Shown: positions 10,915 through 19,435 of the stretch, piece by piece | Layout: the number at the start of each line of letters is the position of its first letter | Numbering within the stretch: the first letter of the stretch is position 1 | From: Promethearchaeota archaeon | GTDB lineage: Archaea > Asgardarchaeota > Lokiarchaeia > Sigyniarchaeales > SOKP01 | NCBI GenBank assembly: GCA_048940645.1 | Contig: JBHLOI010000003.1 | Coordinates: forward strand, 32,001 to 96,000 | Length of the DNA stretch: 64,000 nucleotides | Reading direction: 5' to 3' | Notes under the pieces: model-generated | Seen by the model: the letters and a program-made list of their open reading frames with translations, nothing else | What the model was told of the DNA's origin: nothing | The model's database searches: none | Made by a program: the position numbers and the translations under genes

Positions 10915-11718
10915 ATGGAAGATCAATTAGTAATCCTTGGTTCTGGTGGAGGTAGGCATCATATTAGAACACAATATAGGGCTACAGGAGGAATTTTATA
11001 TAAGTTTAATAGAACTCAGGCTCATATTGACCCTGGTCCTGGAGCTATTGTACGTATTGGTCAATATGGTGAAAATCCACTGAAGACAGAACTATTTATC
11101 GCAACCCATGCGCATGTTGATCATTATAATGACTTAAGTGCATTGATTGAAAGTTCGAGAGAAGTATTACACGATAAACAATATAATTATTTCAAAAAAG
11201 GTACTTTAATCACTACAAATGATGTATTAAATTATGTCTCAAGTTATCACTTAAATATGCTTGAAAGAATTATTCCTTTTAAAGCTGGAGATAGATTACT
11301 CTTTAAGAACATTGAGATCATTGGGACAAAAACTATTCATTCTCCTAATATGGAGGGATTTGGTGTCCGTTTTAATCTAAAAGATTACTCTATAGCTTTT
11401 ACAAGCGATACTAGGGTATTTGAAGGATTTTCAGATCAATTTAGTAACGTTAATATTATGATTCTTAACCTCTTAAGACCAGATTCTATTAAATGTAGAC
11501 GCCATCTATGTACGGATGAAGCAATTCCTTTTCTTAATAAAATAAAGCCAAGCCTTAATGGTTTAATCATTACCCATTTTGGAGCTTATATGGATTCACC
11601 AATCTCACCAAAAAATTTTGTTTCAAGTCAAGTAGAAAAAATAAGGAGAAAAACGAATATTAAAAATATTATTGCTGCTAAAGATGGTTTAAAAATTAAG
11701 ATCGAGAAGTTATTATAA
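10915..11718 (+). CDS. MBL-fold metallo-hydrolase (PhnP/RNase Z-like)
   Basis: ILGSGGGR, IDPGPG, THAHVDH, FTSDT, THFG. Confidence 0.85.
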   Translation: MEDQLVILGSGGGRHHIRTQYRATGGILYKFNRTQAHIDPGPGAIVRIGQYGENPLKTELFIATHAHVDHYNDLSALIESSREVLHDKQYNYFKKGTLITTNDVLNYVSSYHLNMLERIIPFKAGDRLLFKNIEIIGTKTIHSPNMEGFGVRFNLKDYSIAFTSDTRVFEGFSDQFSNVNIMILNLLRPDSIKCRRHLCTDEAIPFLNKIKPSLNGLIITHFGAYMDSPISPKNFVSSQVEKIRRKTNIKNIIAAKDGLKIKIEKLL

Positions 11719-12171
11719 TATAAGTGAATGTATTGTGAATAATTCATTATTTATTTTTTGTTAAACCAAAACCATTATTTCAAATCAATTTCTGACATAG
11801 GATTTAATTTCTTAATTAATTTTTGAAATAATAAAAATCTTTTAACATAACTTTTTGCAACCTTTATTATATTATTAATGATAACTAGAAAGATTAAATT
11901 TTATTGTTTGTTGTAAATTTGGGATATTCTTGTATTCAAAAAGTTTAAAAAAATAGATTAAATGGGAGTAACTTCCCGCATAATATCTTTAATTCCTTAT
12001 ATAAATTATTTGAAAACAAACTGTTGTGGAGTTATAAAATTATATCGATAATTTTAGGGAAAGATGCCTTATGTTCATGATATTTAGATTCCAATATTTC
12101 ATAATACATGACTTTTTAAAGATGTAATTATAATAATTATTAGGAAGGGAAATATGATACGATAATTTGAG

Positions 12172-12282
12172 CTAACATTGGATTTCGCCCTCTATTAAAC
12201 TCTTTGAGTTTAATTCTCTCCCTGATTTTTCTATTTTGCTCGAATGGTCGTTCCCTTCTTTCTTTCTTATTTTAATTGACAT
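12172..12282 (-). CDS. Possible 36-aa peptide (not in ORF track)
   Basis: ATG..TAG frame MSIKIRKKEGNDHSSKIEKSGRELNSKSLIEGEIQC with purine-rich coding-like composition; no known motif. Confidence 0.3.
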   Translation of the reverse strand: MSIKIRKKEGNDHSSKIEKSGRELNSKSLIEGEIQC

Positions 12283-12440
12283 AGCTGTAATTATATATGA
12301 ATCTAGTTTATTAAGTTAATGGATTATAATAACTACATAATAAGAAGGTGTTAATTGAAATTCCTTTTAAAACTTTAACTCAAATTTCTAACTAAATTTA
12401 ATATACTAAGTTATAATTTTCTATTGAGAGATAGTAGAAT

Positions 12441-12596
12441 TTAATTCGATTTCCTCCAATGCTTACACACGATACATTGTAAAATTTTCTCTAATTCAGT
12501 GCCACTAGGATTAGCGGCTCTTTTGATAATTTTCATTATCATAACATTTCCACATTTTTCACAAAGGCGCAATCCTTTTCCCTTTAATTTTTGCAT
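12441..12596 (-). CDS. 51-aa zinc-ribbon microprotein (not in ORF track)
   Basis: MQKLKGKGLRLCEKCGNVMIMKIIKRAANPSGTELEKILQCIVCKHWRKSN: CxxC-x25-CxxC. Confidence 0.75.
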   Translation of the reverse strand: MQKLKGKGLRLCEKCGNVMIMKIIKRAANPSGTELEKILQCIVCKHWRKSN

Positions 12597-12704
12597 TGGT
12601 AATAGTAATATCTTAAATTAATTTACAATAAAAATCTGACCAGATTATTGATTTATTCTTATACTTAAATGTGCCGATAAAAATTAACACATTATTGATG
12701 TCAT

Positions 12705-12810
12705 ATAAATAGGGTAAACATTAATAAATTTAAGTCATAAAAAATGTAGTGGGATATTGATTCATAAATGATGAGACCATCATTTTAGTTTCAAAGATTC
12801 AGTTCCTTTC
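12705..12810. repeat. ~105-bp degenerate direct repeat, copy A (copy B 15312-15415; partial copy 19225-19256)
   Basis: Shared blocks taaacattaataaatttaagt, ataaaaaatg, atattga, ataaatgatgag, tagtttcaaa, attcagttc. Confidence 0.8.
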
Positions 12811-13003
12811 TCTTTTTAGTTTGATAAATTTCATAGAAATCACAGTGTATTAATTTATGGAAAGATAAAATTGTTATTACGTAGGTATTTAATTGAAAAG
12901 ATAGATAATTAAAAAATTTCTTCTGATGATTAATCCTACTCCTATTAGTTTTTTTTAAGACCAAAATTAAAAAAAAAAAGTTAGATAAAGTTGTTTTATA
13001 TTA

Positions 13004-15103
13004 TTACCATGGCCAGATAAATCCTTTATTTTCCACGGAAAACTCATATGCTGATGTTAGTATATGATCTGCCTGATTGCTAACAATCATTACATGGAAG
13101 TTATTATATGTTCTTTCAATTGTCGTTCTACCAGTTTGGGTAGCATATGAAATGTACATATGGCTTTCCCAAAGATATTGTATACCATGAGCTCCACCTC
13201 CATATCGAACGGTTAATATTGTCATCTCATAATCATTATCCCAAATGCCGTCTGTTATATACCAACCATCTGTTTCCCAATCACCTTCACCAGATTCTAC
13301 ATCATCTGAGAACCCAAGTTCAGGAATGGCTATGTCATCAACGTACATATTTTGCAATGTAAATGCTCCATCCTGCCACAAGCGGAAATGAAGTTCAATT
13401 TGATGTCCTGCAAACGGACTAAGATCCATACTTACTGGTATCCAACCTCCGCTAGCACCCGTAAATGCATGCCATTTGCCAGCTGCTAAGTAATCTTTCG
13501 GTTCACGGCCAGCAGGTACATTTGGATTATCTTGACTAAACGGATCTGTGCTGACTGTAATCCCAGGCGCTTCTAAAGTAGTGTATTCATCTGTATCATA
13601 ATCATAAACCTCTACATATCCATAGTCCCAGTCCAGTTCTATTTCATAGAAAGTCATAAATTCTAGAGTAGCCCCTCCTGCAGGTATATCAAAGGTCTGA
13701 TGGAAACTACGCCAAGCCCATGCGTTGGCACCAGAATACCACTCGTAGCTTGGACTAGACGGAAGAGTTCCTGAAAAATCACTCCCATCAAAATAAATAG
13801 TAGCTAATCTATTAGTGAATCTATAATATTGAGCTGTGTAAGGTTGAGGATCAGTCCACCACCAGGAACCTAATGCAAAATCTGCTTCATAAATTGATTC
13901 TCCCCAAGCATCTAATACAGCATCAAGGGTCCACCCACCTGAAGCAGCGCTAGGTATATCTAATAAATCATAGCCATACCAACCATTTCCTTTAGTTGGA
14001 TCATCAAGATAATTAGCAATGGTCCACCGATCAAAAATGGTATCAAAGTGCAACCAAATACCGTTCTTATATAAGGTTGTTTGATAACCTTCAATACTAT
14101 TTTTTTGTTCTCGAGCTAGATCCTTAATAAAATCAAGACCAAATTTCTCATAGCAATAGAGAGTCCAGAGATAACTAGCACCATAATCTTCTAATCCGTT
14201 ACCCCAGAATGTAAGAGCTGTAAACCAGTGATAAATAAGATAGCTTGCTATATGACTAGTCCAATGTCCATAACCACATAAGTACATTGCTAAATCCGAA
14301 AATCCTTCGTCTACCCATGAAACTTCATCAGGATCAGTATCAAAGGAGACCAAATGTTGAAATTCATGCGCAAAAGCAGCTTCCATAGTTTGGTCTGAAC
14401 CTGGACCTACATTATTTTCCCAGTCATATGTATCACAATGAAATACATTTTTATTAAACTCAGTACTTATAGCAGCAGAGAAGTATCCTACTACATAAGA
14501 AGTTGCACTATCATCATAGTATGAATCCTCTCGTATATTAAAAATTAAAACCCACACTTTTTGACCTTCCTCCCCGCGTGGGAGCGGTTCTCCAAAAACA
14601 TCGGTCACAGTAGGATAAATTGTATTATCAAATTCATCTAAAAGATATTGCAATTGTGCTAAGGTAATATTATCCCAGTATCTACCCCAAGTTCCATAAG
14701 GATTGGCAAAATGATAATATGTGCCATCATAGCTATCATAAGCATCTTTGGTGATTAAGATAAGGGCATGCGTGCCTTCTAATAATACAATAAAATCTTC
14801 ATCATATGTCTCTGGTATATAATCATCGCTTAGAGGGAATGTAAATTCATCACCCACCTCTGCAGGTTCTCCAATTGGACTAGCTTGAGTAGCTTCAGCT
14901 ACACCTACTTCTGCAGCTTTCTTTCTTAAAGCTATTTCTTCATATCCAAGGTCTCCAACAGTAAGATCTCTTGGAGCACGGGTAGGGAATGATAACGCAC
15001 TTTCGTTGGATGTTGTTGGAATAACTAGAAACATAAGGACTCCCGAAGAAACTCCTAAAACTAACATAGAAATAAGAAGGATTGAATAACTTTTATTTCT
15101 CAT
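13004..15103 (-). CDS. Membrane-anchored zinc metallopeptidase (M30/hyicolysin-like catalytic domain + immune-inhibitor-A-like C-terminal domain), paralogue 1
   Basis: N-terminal hydrophobic anchor; AHEFQH + WVDEG; DYGASYL; WDYGYVEV..DLSPFAG..YVDDI. Confidence 0.85.
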   Translation of the reverse strand: MRNKSYSILLISMLVLGVSSGVLMFLVIPTTSNESALSFPTRAPRDLTVGDLGYEEIALRKKAAEVGVAEATQASPIGEPAEVGDEFTFPLSDDYIPETYDEDFIVLLEGTHALILITKDAYDSYDGTYYHFANPYGTWGRYWDNITLAQLQYLLDEFDNTIYPTVTDVFGEPLPRGEEGQKVWVLIFNIREDSYYDDSATSYVVGYFSAAISTEFNKNVFHCDTYDWENNVGPGSDQTMEAAFAHEFQHLVSFDTDPDEVSWVDEGFSDLAMYLCGYGHWTSHIASYLIYHWFTALTFWGNGLEDYGASYLWTLYCYEKFGLDFIKDLAREQKNSIEGYQTTLYKNGIWLHFDTIFDRWTIANYLDDPTKGNGWYGYDLLDIPSAASGGWTLDAVLDAWGESIYEADFALGSWWWTDPQPYTAQYYRFTNRLATIYFDGSDFSGTLPSSPSYEWYSGANAWAWRSFHQTFDIPAGGATLEFMTFYEIELDWDYGYVEVYDYDTDEYTTLEAPGITVSTDPFSQDNPNVPAGREPKDYLAAGKWHAFTGASGGWIPVSMDLSPFAGHQIELHFRLWQDGAFTLQNMYVDDIAIPELGFSDDVESGEGDWETDGWYITDGIWDNDYEMTILTVRYGGGAHGIQYLWESHMYISYATQTGRTTIERTYNNFHVMIVSNQADHILTSAYEFSVENKGFIWPW

Positions 15104-15279
15104 TTTTTAATACTCCAATTTGCTTTTTATTAATTTCGACTTTTTTATTATTTTTCGTTTAGATTTCTTTACACACCGAAACGTTTTTCGGTTTATTGCT
15201 ACTTTAAGACATTTTAAATATTTCCAAAAACCATCATGAGATGATTCAAGGGAACATTTAGTAATAAACTACATTCTAC
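15104..15279 (-). promoter_or_regulatory. Conserved leader of peptidase paralogue 1 (two hairpins, GGAG SD)
   Basis: Near-identical to 18915-19090 and 21542-21720; hairpins GAATCATC-n4-GATGGTTT and ACCGAAA-n4-TTTCGGT. Confidence 0.75.
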
Positions 15280-15311
15280 TGATCCTATAAAAAATTTACT
15301 GTTTGGTCGAA

Positions 15312-15415
15312 ATAAATAAGTTAAATATTATTAAACTTAAGTTATAAAAAATGGAATGGAATATTGACACATAAATGATGAGTTCGCCATTCTAGTTTCA
15401 AAAATTCAGTTCTTT
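15312..15415. repeat. ~105-bp degenerate direct repeat, copy B
   Basis: Aligns by eye with 12705-12810. Confidence 0.8.
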
Positions 15416-15516
15416 TTTTTCCTAGCTTAATTAATTATAATTAAAAGCCCAAATATTTATAAATTTTCAATATCAATTTTTCAAGTATAAATTATAAATA
15501 TAATCGTGAAAATAAA

Positions 15517-15669
15517 ATGTCCTGTCATGATTTAAAAGTGGGAGATACTCTTGTATGTGAAGATTGTGGACTTGAATTAAAAGTGTCCAAAGCATGCAAT
15601 TGTTCTGAGGAAAGTGCTTGCACTGAAGGTGGTTTTGATTGCTGTGGAATGGCAATGAAAAAAAAGTAA
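15517..15669 (+). CDS. 50-aa Cys-rich, desulforedoxin-like microprotein (not in ORF track)
   Basis: MSCHDLKVGDTLVCEDCGLELKVSKACNCSEESACTEGGFDCCGMAMKKK: 8 Cys, CxxCG...CCGxxM. Confidence 0.85.
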   Translation: MSCHDLKVGDTLVCEDCGLELKVSKACNCSEESACTEGGFDCCGMAMKKK

Positions 15670-15679
15670 AACTATAAAA

Positions 15680-16570
15680 TTATTTATTTTTTTTAAAATT
15701 AATTTTTAAAACAGTTATTAGGATTGCTATAAAGATTAGCCCCATCCCCATCCAGTTAAAAAGCGTTAAAATCTCATTTCCAATTAAAAAACCAAATAAT
15801 GCTGCAAACACAGGTTCTAATGTGAAAATAATAGCTGTTTGAGAAGGACCCTGGTGTTTTTGACCCCAATTCTGAAATATGAATGTTAAACTAGTAGCTC
15901 CAAAACCCATATAAAACATTATCAACCAAAAATCTAATTGGCTTGAAAAAAGATCATAAGATTCCCTGAGGATTAAAGAAGACGCAAAACATAGAAGCGT
16001 TAAAGTTGTTAATTGAAAAATGGTATAAAGATACACGTCAAAAATTTTTACATTTTTATCGTTTAGGACAATAAAGAAAGCACAGAAAACAGCACATCCT
16101 AAGACTAAAAAATCTCCTATAATAATTCCAAATTCGTTTTCTAATAATAATAATGACATGCCAATCACAGATAACCCAACTGAAATCCAGATTCTATATT
16201 TCACCCTACGTTTATATAGAAACCATGTTATAAATGGAACCATTACAGTACTAAGTCCTGTAATAAAGCCTGCCTTACCTGCTGTCGTTGTTTGAAGCCC
16301 ATAAGTCTGAAACACCATTGAGATGTAGTAAATAGATCCTGTTAACACTCCCAACAACAAAACTCTTTTATTAAAGTTTTTAAAATGAAAAAATAAAGGT
16401 ATAAATCCAATTGTTCCAAGTAAATATCTTAATCCAAGGTACAAAAAAATTGGAACATCTTGAGTAAGAGTTTTAGTAATTATGAAAGTTGTACCCCATA
16501 AAACTGTAGTAAATACCAAAAAAAGATTCGCAGCTACCTTTAATTTTTTTATTTGTTTCTTTTCATTCAT
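15680..16570 (-). CDS. DMT/EamA family transporter
   Basis: LWGTTF, GLQTTTAGKAGFITGL, LEPVFAALFG; ~10 TM helices. Confidence 0.92.
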   Translation of the reverse strand: MNEKKQIKKLKVAANLFLVFTTVLWGTTFIITKTLTQDVPIFLYLGLRYLLGTIGFIPLFFHFKNFNKRVLLLGVLTGSIYYISMVFQTYGLQTTTAGKAGFITGLSTVMVPFITWFLYKRRVKYRIWISVGLSVIGMSLLLLENEFGIIIGDFLVLGCAVFCAFFIVLNDKNVKIFDVYLYTIFQLTTLTLLCFASSLILRESYDLFSSQLDFWLIMFYMGFGATSLTFIFQNWGQKHQGPSQTAIIFTLEPVFAALFGFLIGNEILTLFNWMGMGLIFIAILITVLKINFKKNK

Positions 16571-16811
16571 ATAAATTACAATCTACTAATTTATGCTATG
16601 ATAAAAATCTTATTATGAAGATTTTTAGAATTGAAAAGGTAGATACCTAAAAAATTTTATATTTGCTACTGAAAATCGATCAATGTTTCAACGTTTCTTC
16701 GCTCATGATGAATCATTATCATAGTTACTTATATTTATTCTTGTTGAGTTCAAAATGAAAAGTTATAAAATAAAAATTAAAAAAAAAAGTAGTTAAGATT
16801 ATTTTTTATAA

Positions 16812-18914
16812 TTACCATGGCCAGATAAATCCTTTATTTTCCACGGAAAACTCGTACGCTGATGTTAGAATATGATCTGCTCGATTGCTAATAATCATAA
16901 CATGGAAGTTATTGTATGTTCTTTCAGTTGTCCCACTAAAACTTTGTGTAGCATAAGAAACATGATAATGGCTTTCCCAAAGGTACTCTATACCGTGGGC
17001 TCCACCTCCATATCGAACGGTTAGTACTGTCATCTCATAATCATTGTCCCACATGCCATTTGTAATATACCAACCATCTGTTTCCCAATCACCTTCACCA
17101 GATTCTACATCATCAAAGAAGCCAATTTCAGGTATGGATATATCATCAACATACATGTTTTGCTCTGTATATGCTCCATCCTGCCACAGACGGAAATGAA
17201 GTTCAATCTGATGGCCTGCAAATGGACTGAGATCCATACTTATAGGGATCCAACCTCCGCTATAACCAGTAAATGCATGCCATTTTCCAGCTGCTAAGTA
17301 GTCTTTCGGTTCACGGCCTTCAGGCACATTTGGATTATCTTGACTAAACGGATCCGTGCTGACTGTAATGCCAGGCGCTTCTAAAGTAGTGTATTCATCT
17401 GTATCATAATCATAAACCTCTACATAGCCATAATCCCAGTCCAGTTCAATTTGATAGAACGTCATAAATTCTAGAGTAGCCCCTCCTGCAGGTATATCAA
17501 AGGTTTGGTGGAAACTACGCCAAGCCCATGCATTGGCACCAGAATACCACTCGTAATCTCCGCTAGACGGAAGAGTTCCTGAAAAATCACTCGCATCAAA
17601 ATAGATCGTAGCTAATCTATTAGTGAATCTAAAATACTGAGCAGTGTAAGGTTGTGGATCAGTCCACCACCAGGAACCTAATGCAAAATCTGCTTCAAAA
17701 ATCGGTTCTCCCCAATAAGCACTTAACGCAAAATCAATGCTCCAACCATTCGTATCCGCACTAGGTATATCTAATAAATCATAGCCATACCAGCCTCCCC
17801 CCTGAGTGGGATCGTCAAGATAATTAGCAATGGTCCACCGATCAAAAATTGTATCAAAGTGCGTCCAAATACCGTTCTTATATAAGGTTGTTTGAACACC
17901 TTCAATACCATTTTTTTGTTCTCGAGTCCAATCCATAAGGAAATCAATACCAAATTTCTCATACATATAGAGGGCATAAAGATAACTAGCACCATAATCT
18001 TGTAATCCGCCACCCCAGAATGTAAGAGCTGTAAACCAATGGAAAGCCATATAATACATTAGATGACTATTCCAATGTCCATAACCACATAGATAGCCTG
18101 CTAAATCCGAAAATCCCTCGTCTACCCATGAAACTTCGTCAGGATCCATATCAAAGGAGACCAAATGCTGAAATTCATGAGCAAAGACACCTTCCATAAC
18201 TTGACTTGAACCCGGGCCTACACGATTTATCCAGTCATATGTATCACAATGCATAATATTTTTATTGTACTCAGTACTTACGGCAGCAGAGAAGTATCCT
18301 ACTACATAAGAAGTTACATCATCATCGTAGTATGAATCCTCCCGTATATTAAAAATTAAAACCCAAATTTTTTGACCTTCGTCCCCGCGTGGGAGCGGTT
18401 CTCCGAAAATGGGAGTTATAGTAGGATACATTACATTGTCAAATTCATCTAAAAGATATTGACATTGCGCTAAGGTAATATTATCCCAGTATCTACCCCA
18501 GGTTCCATAAGGATTGGCAAAATGATAATATGTGCCGTCATAGCTATCATAAGCATCTTTGGTGATTAAGATAAGGGCATGCGTACCCTCTAGTAATACA
18601 ATGAAATCTTCATAATATGTCTCTGGTATATAATCATCGCTTAGAGGGAATGTAAAAATATCACCCACCTCTGCAGGTTCTCCAATTGGACTAGCTTGAG
18701 TAGCTTCAGCTACACCTACTTCAGCAGCTTTCTTTCTAATAGCCATTTCTTCATACCCAAGGTCTTCAGCGGTTAGATCTATTGGAGCACGGTTATCGAA
18801 TGATAATGTGCTCTCACTGGATGCTGTTGGAATAACAAGAAACATGAGGATTCCCGAAGAAACTCCTAAAACTAACATAGAAATAAGAAGGATTGAATAA
18901 CTTTTATTTCTCAT
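16812..18914 (-). CDS. Membrane-anchored zinc metallopeptidase, paralogue 2
   Basis: Same architecture, AHEFQH/WVDEG intact; collinear with paralogues 1 and 3. Confidence 0.85.
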   Translation of the reverse strand: MRNKSYSILLISMLVLGVSSGILMFLVIPTASSESTLSFDNRAPIDLTAEDLGYEEMAIRKKAAEVGVAEATQASPIGEPAEVGDIFTFPLSDDYIPETYYEDFIVLLEGTHALILITKDAYDSYDGTYYHFANPYGTWGRYWDNITLAQCQYLLDEFDNVMYPTITPIFGEPLPRGDEGQKIWVLIFNIREDSYYDDDVTSYVVGYFSAAVSTEYNKNIMHCDTYDWINRVGPGSSQVMEGVFAHEFQHLVSFDMDPDEVSWVDEGFSDLAGYLCGYGHWNSHLMYYMAFHWFTALTFWGGGLQDYGASYLYALYMYEKFGIDFLMDWTREQKNGIEGVQTTLYKNGIWTHFDTIFDRWTIANYLDDPTQGGGWYGYDLLDIPSADTNGWSIDFALSAYWGEPIFEADFALGSWWWTDPQPYTAQYFRFTNRLATIYFDASDFSGTLPSSGDYEWYSGANAWAWRSFHQTFDIPAGGATLEFMTFYQIELDWDYGYVEVYDYDTDEYTTLEAPGITVSTDPFSQDNPNVPEGREPKDYLAAGKWHAFTGYSGGWIPISMDLSPFAGHQIELHFRLWQDGAYTEQNMYVDDISIPEIGFFDDVESGEGDWETDGWYITNGMWDNDYEMTVLTVRYGGGAHGIEYLWESHYHVSYATQSFSGTTERTYNNFHVMIISNRADHILTSAYEFSVENKGFIWPW

Positions 18915-19206
18915 TTTTTAATACTCCAATTTGTTTTTTATTAATTTCAACTTTTTTATTATTTTTCGTTTAGATTTCTTTACACACCGAAACGTTTTTC
19001 GGTTAATTGCTACTTTAAGACATTTTAAATATTTCCAAAAACCATCATCAGATGATTCAAGGGAACATTTAATAATAAACTACATTCTAATATATAAAAT
19101 TTACTGTTTCATTGAAACAATAGGCAAACAATGAACTTTATCGCATTAATGTTCATAAAAATTTGTTATAAAATCCCATTTATATTTGAGATAACAAAAA
19201 GAAAAA
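18915..19206 (-). promoter_or_regulatory. Conserved promoter/leader of peptidase paralogue 2
   Basis: TTTTATATA TATA-like box near 19090-19099 on minus strand, two hairpins, GGAG SD; shared with paralogue 3 for ~290 bp. Confidence 0.75.
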
Positions 19207-19435
19207 TAAAACTGTTTCATCGAAATAAATAGATTAAACATTAATAAATTTAAGTTAGCCCAAATACTTATAAATTGAATGTGTAAATAACTAAAAATTG
19301 TTCTAACTTTTATACTTTTATTCGCTTCGGATTAGGTTATCATTAAAATTACTCCTTTTTGTTCTTTTAAATTTAAAATGAAAAAATATAAAATAAAAAA
19401 TTAAAAAAAAAGTTAGATAAAGTTGTTTTATATTA

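Noticed and set aside
12705-15415. IS/transposon ends around peptidase copy 1
   Set aside because: Repeats are direct and degenerate, with no transposase, terminal inverted repeats or target-site duplication
15473-15655. 60-aa minus-strand ORF from the track
   Set aside because: Shadow of the better-supported plus-strand Cys-rich gene 15517-15669
18931-19134. 67-aa plus-strand ORF over the peptidase leader
   Set aside because: The frame is not preserved in the other leader copies (TGA in copy 1, indels in copy 3)
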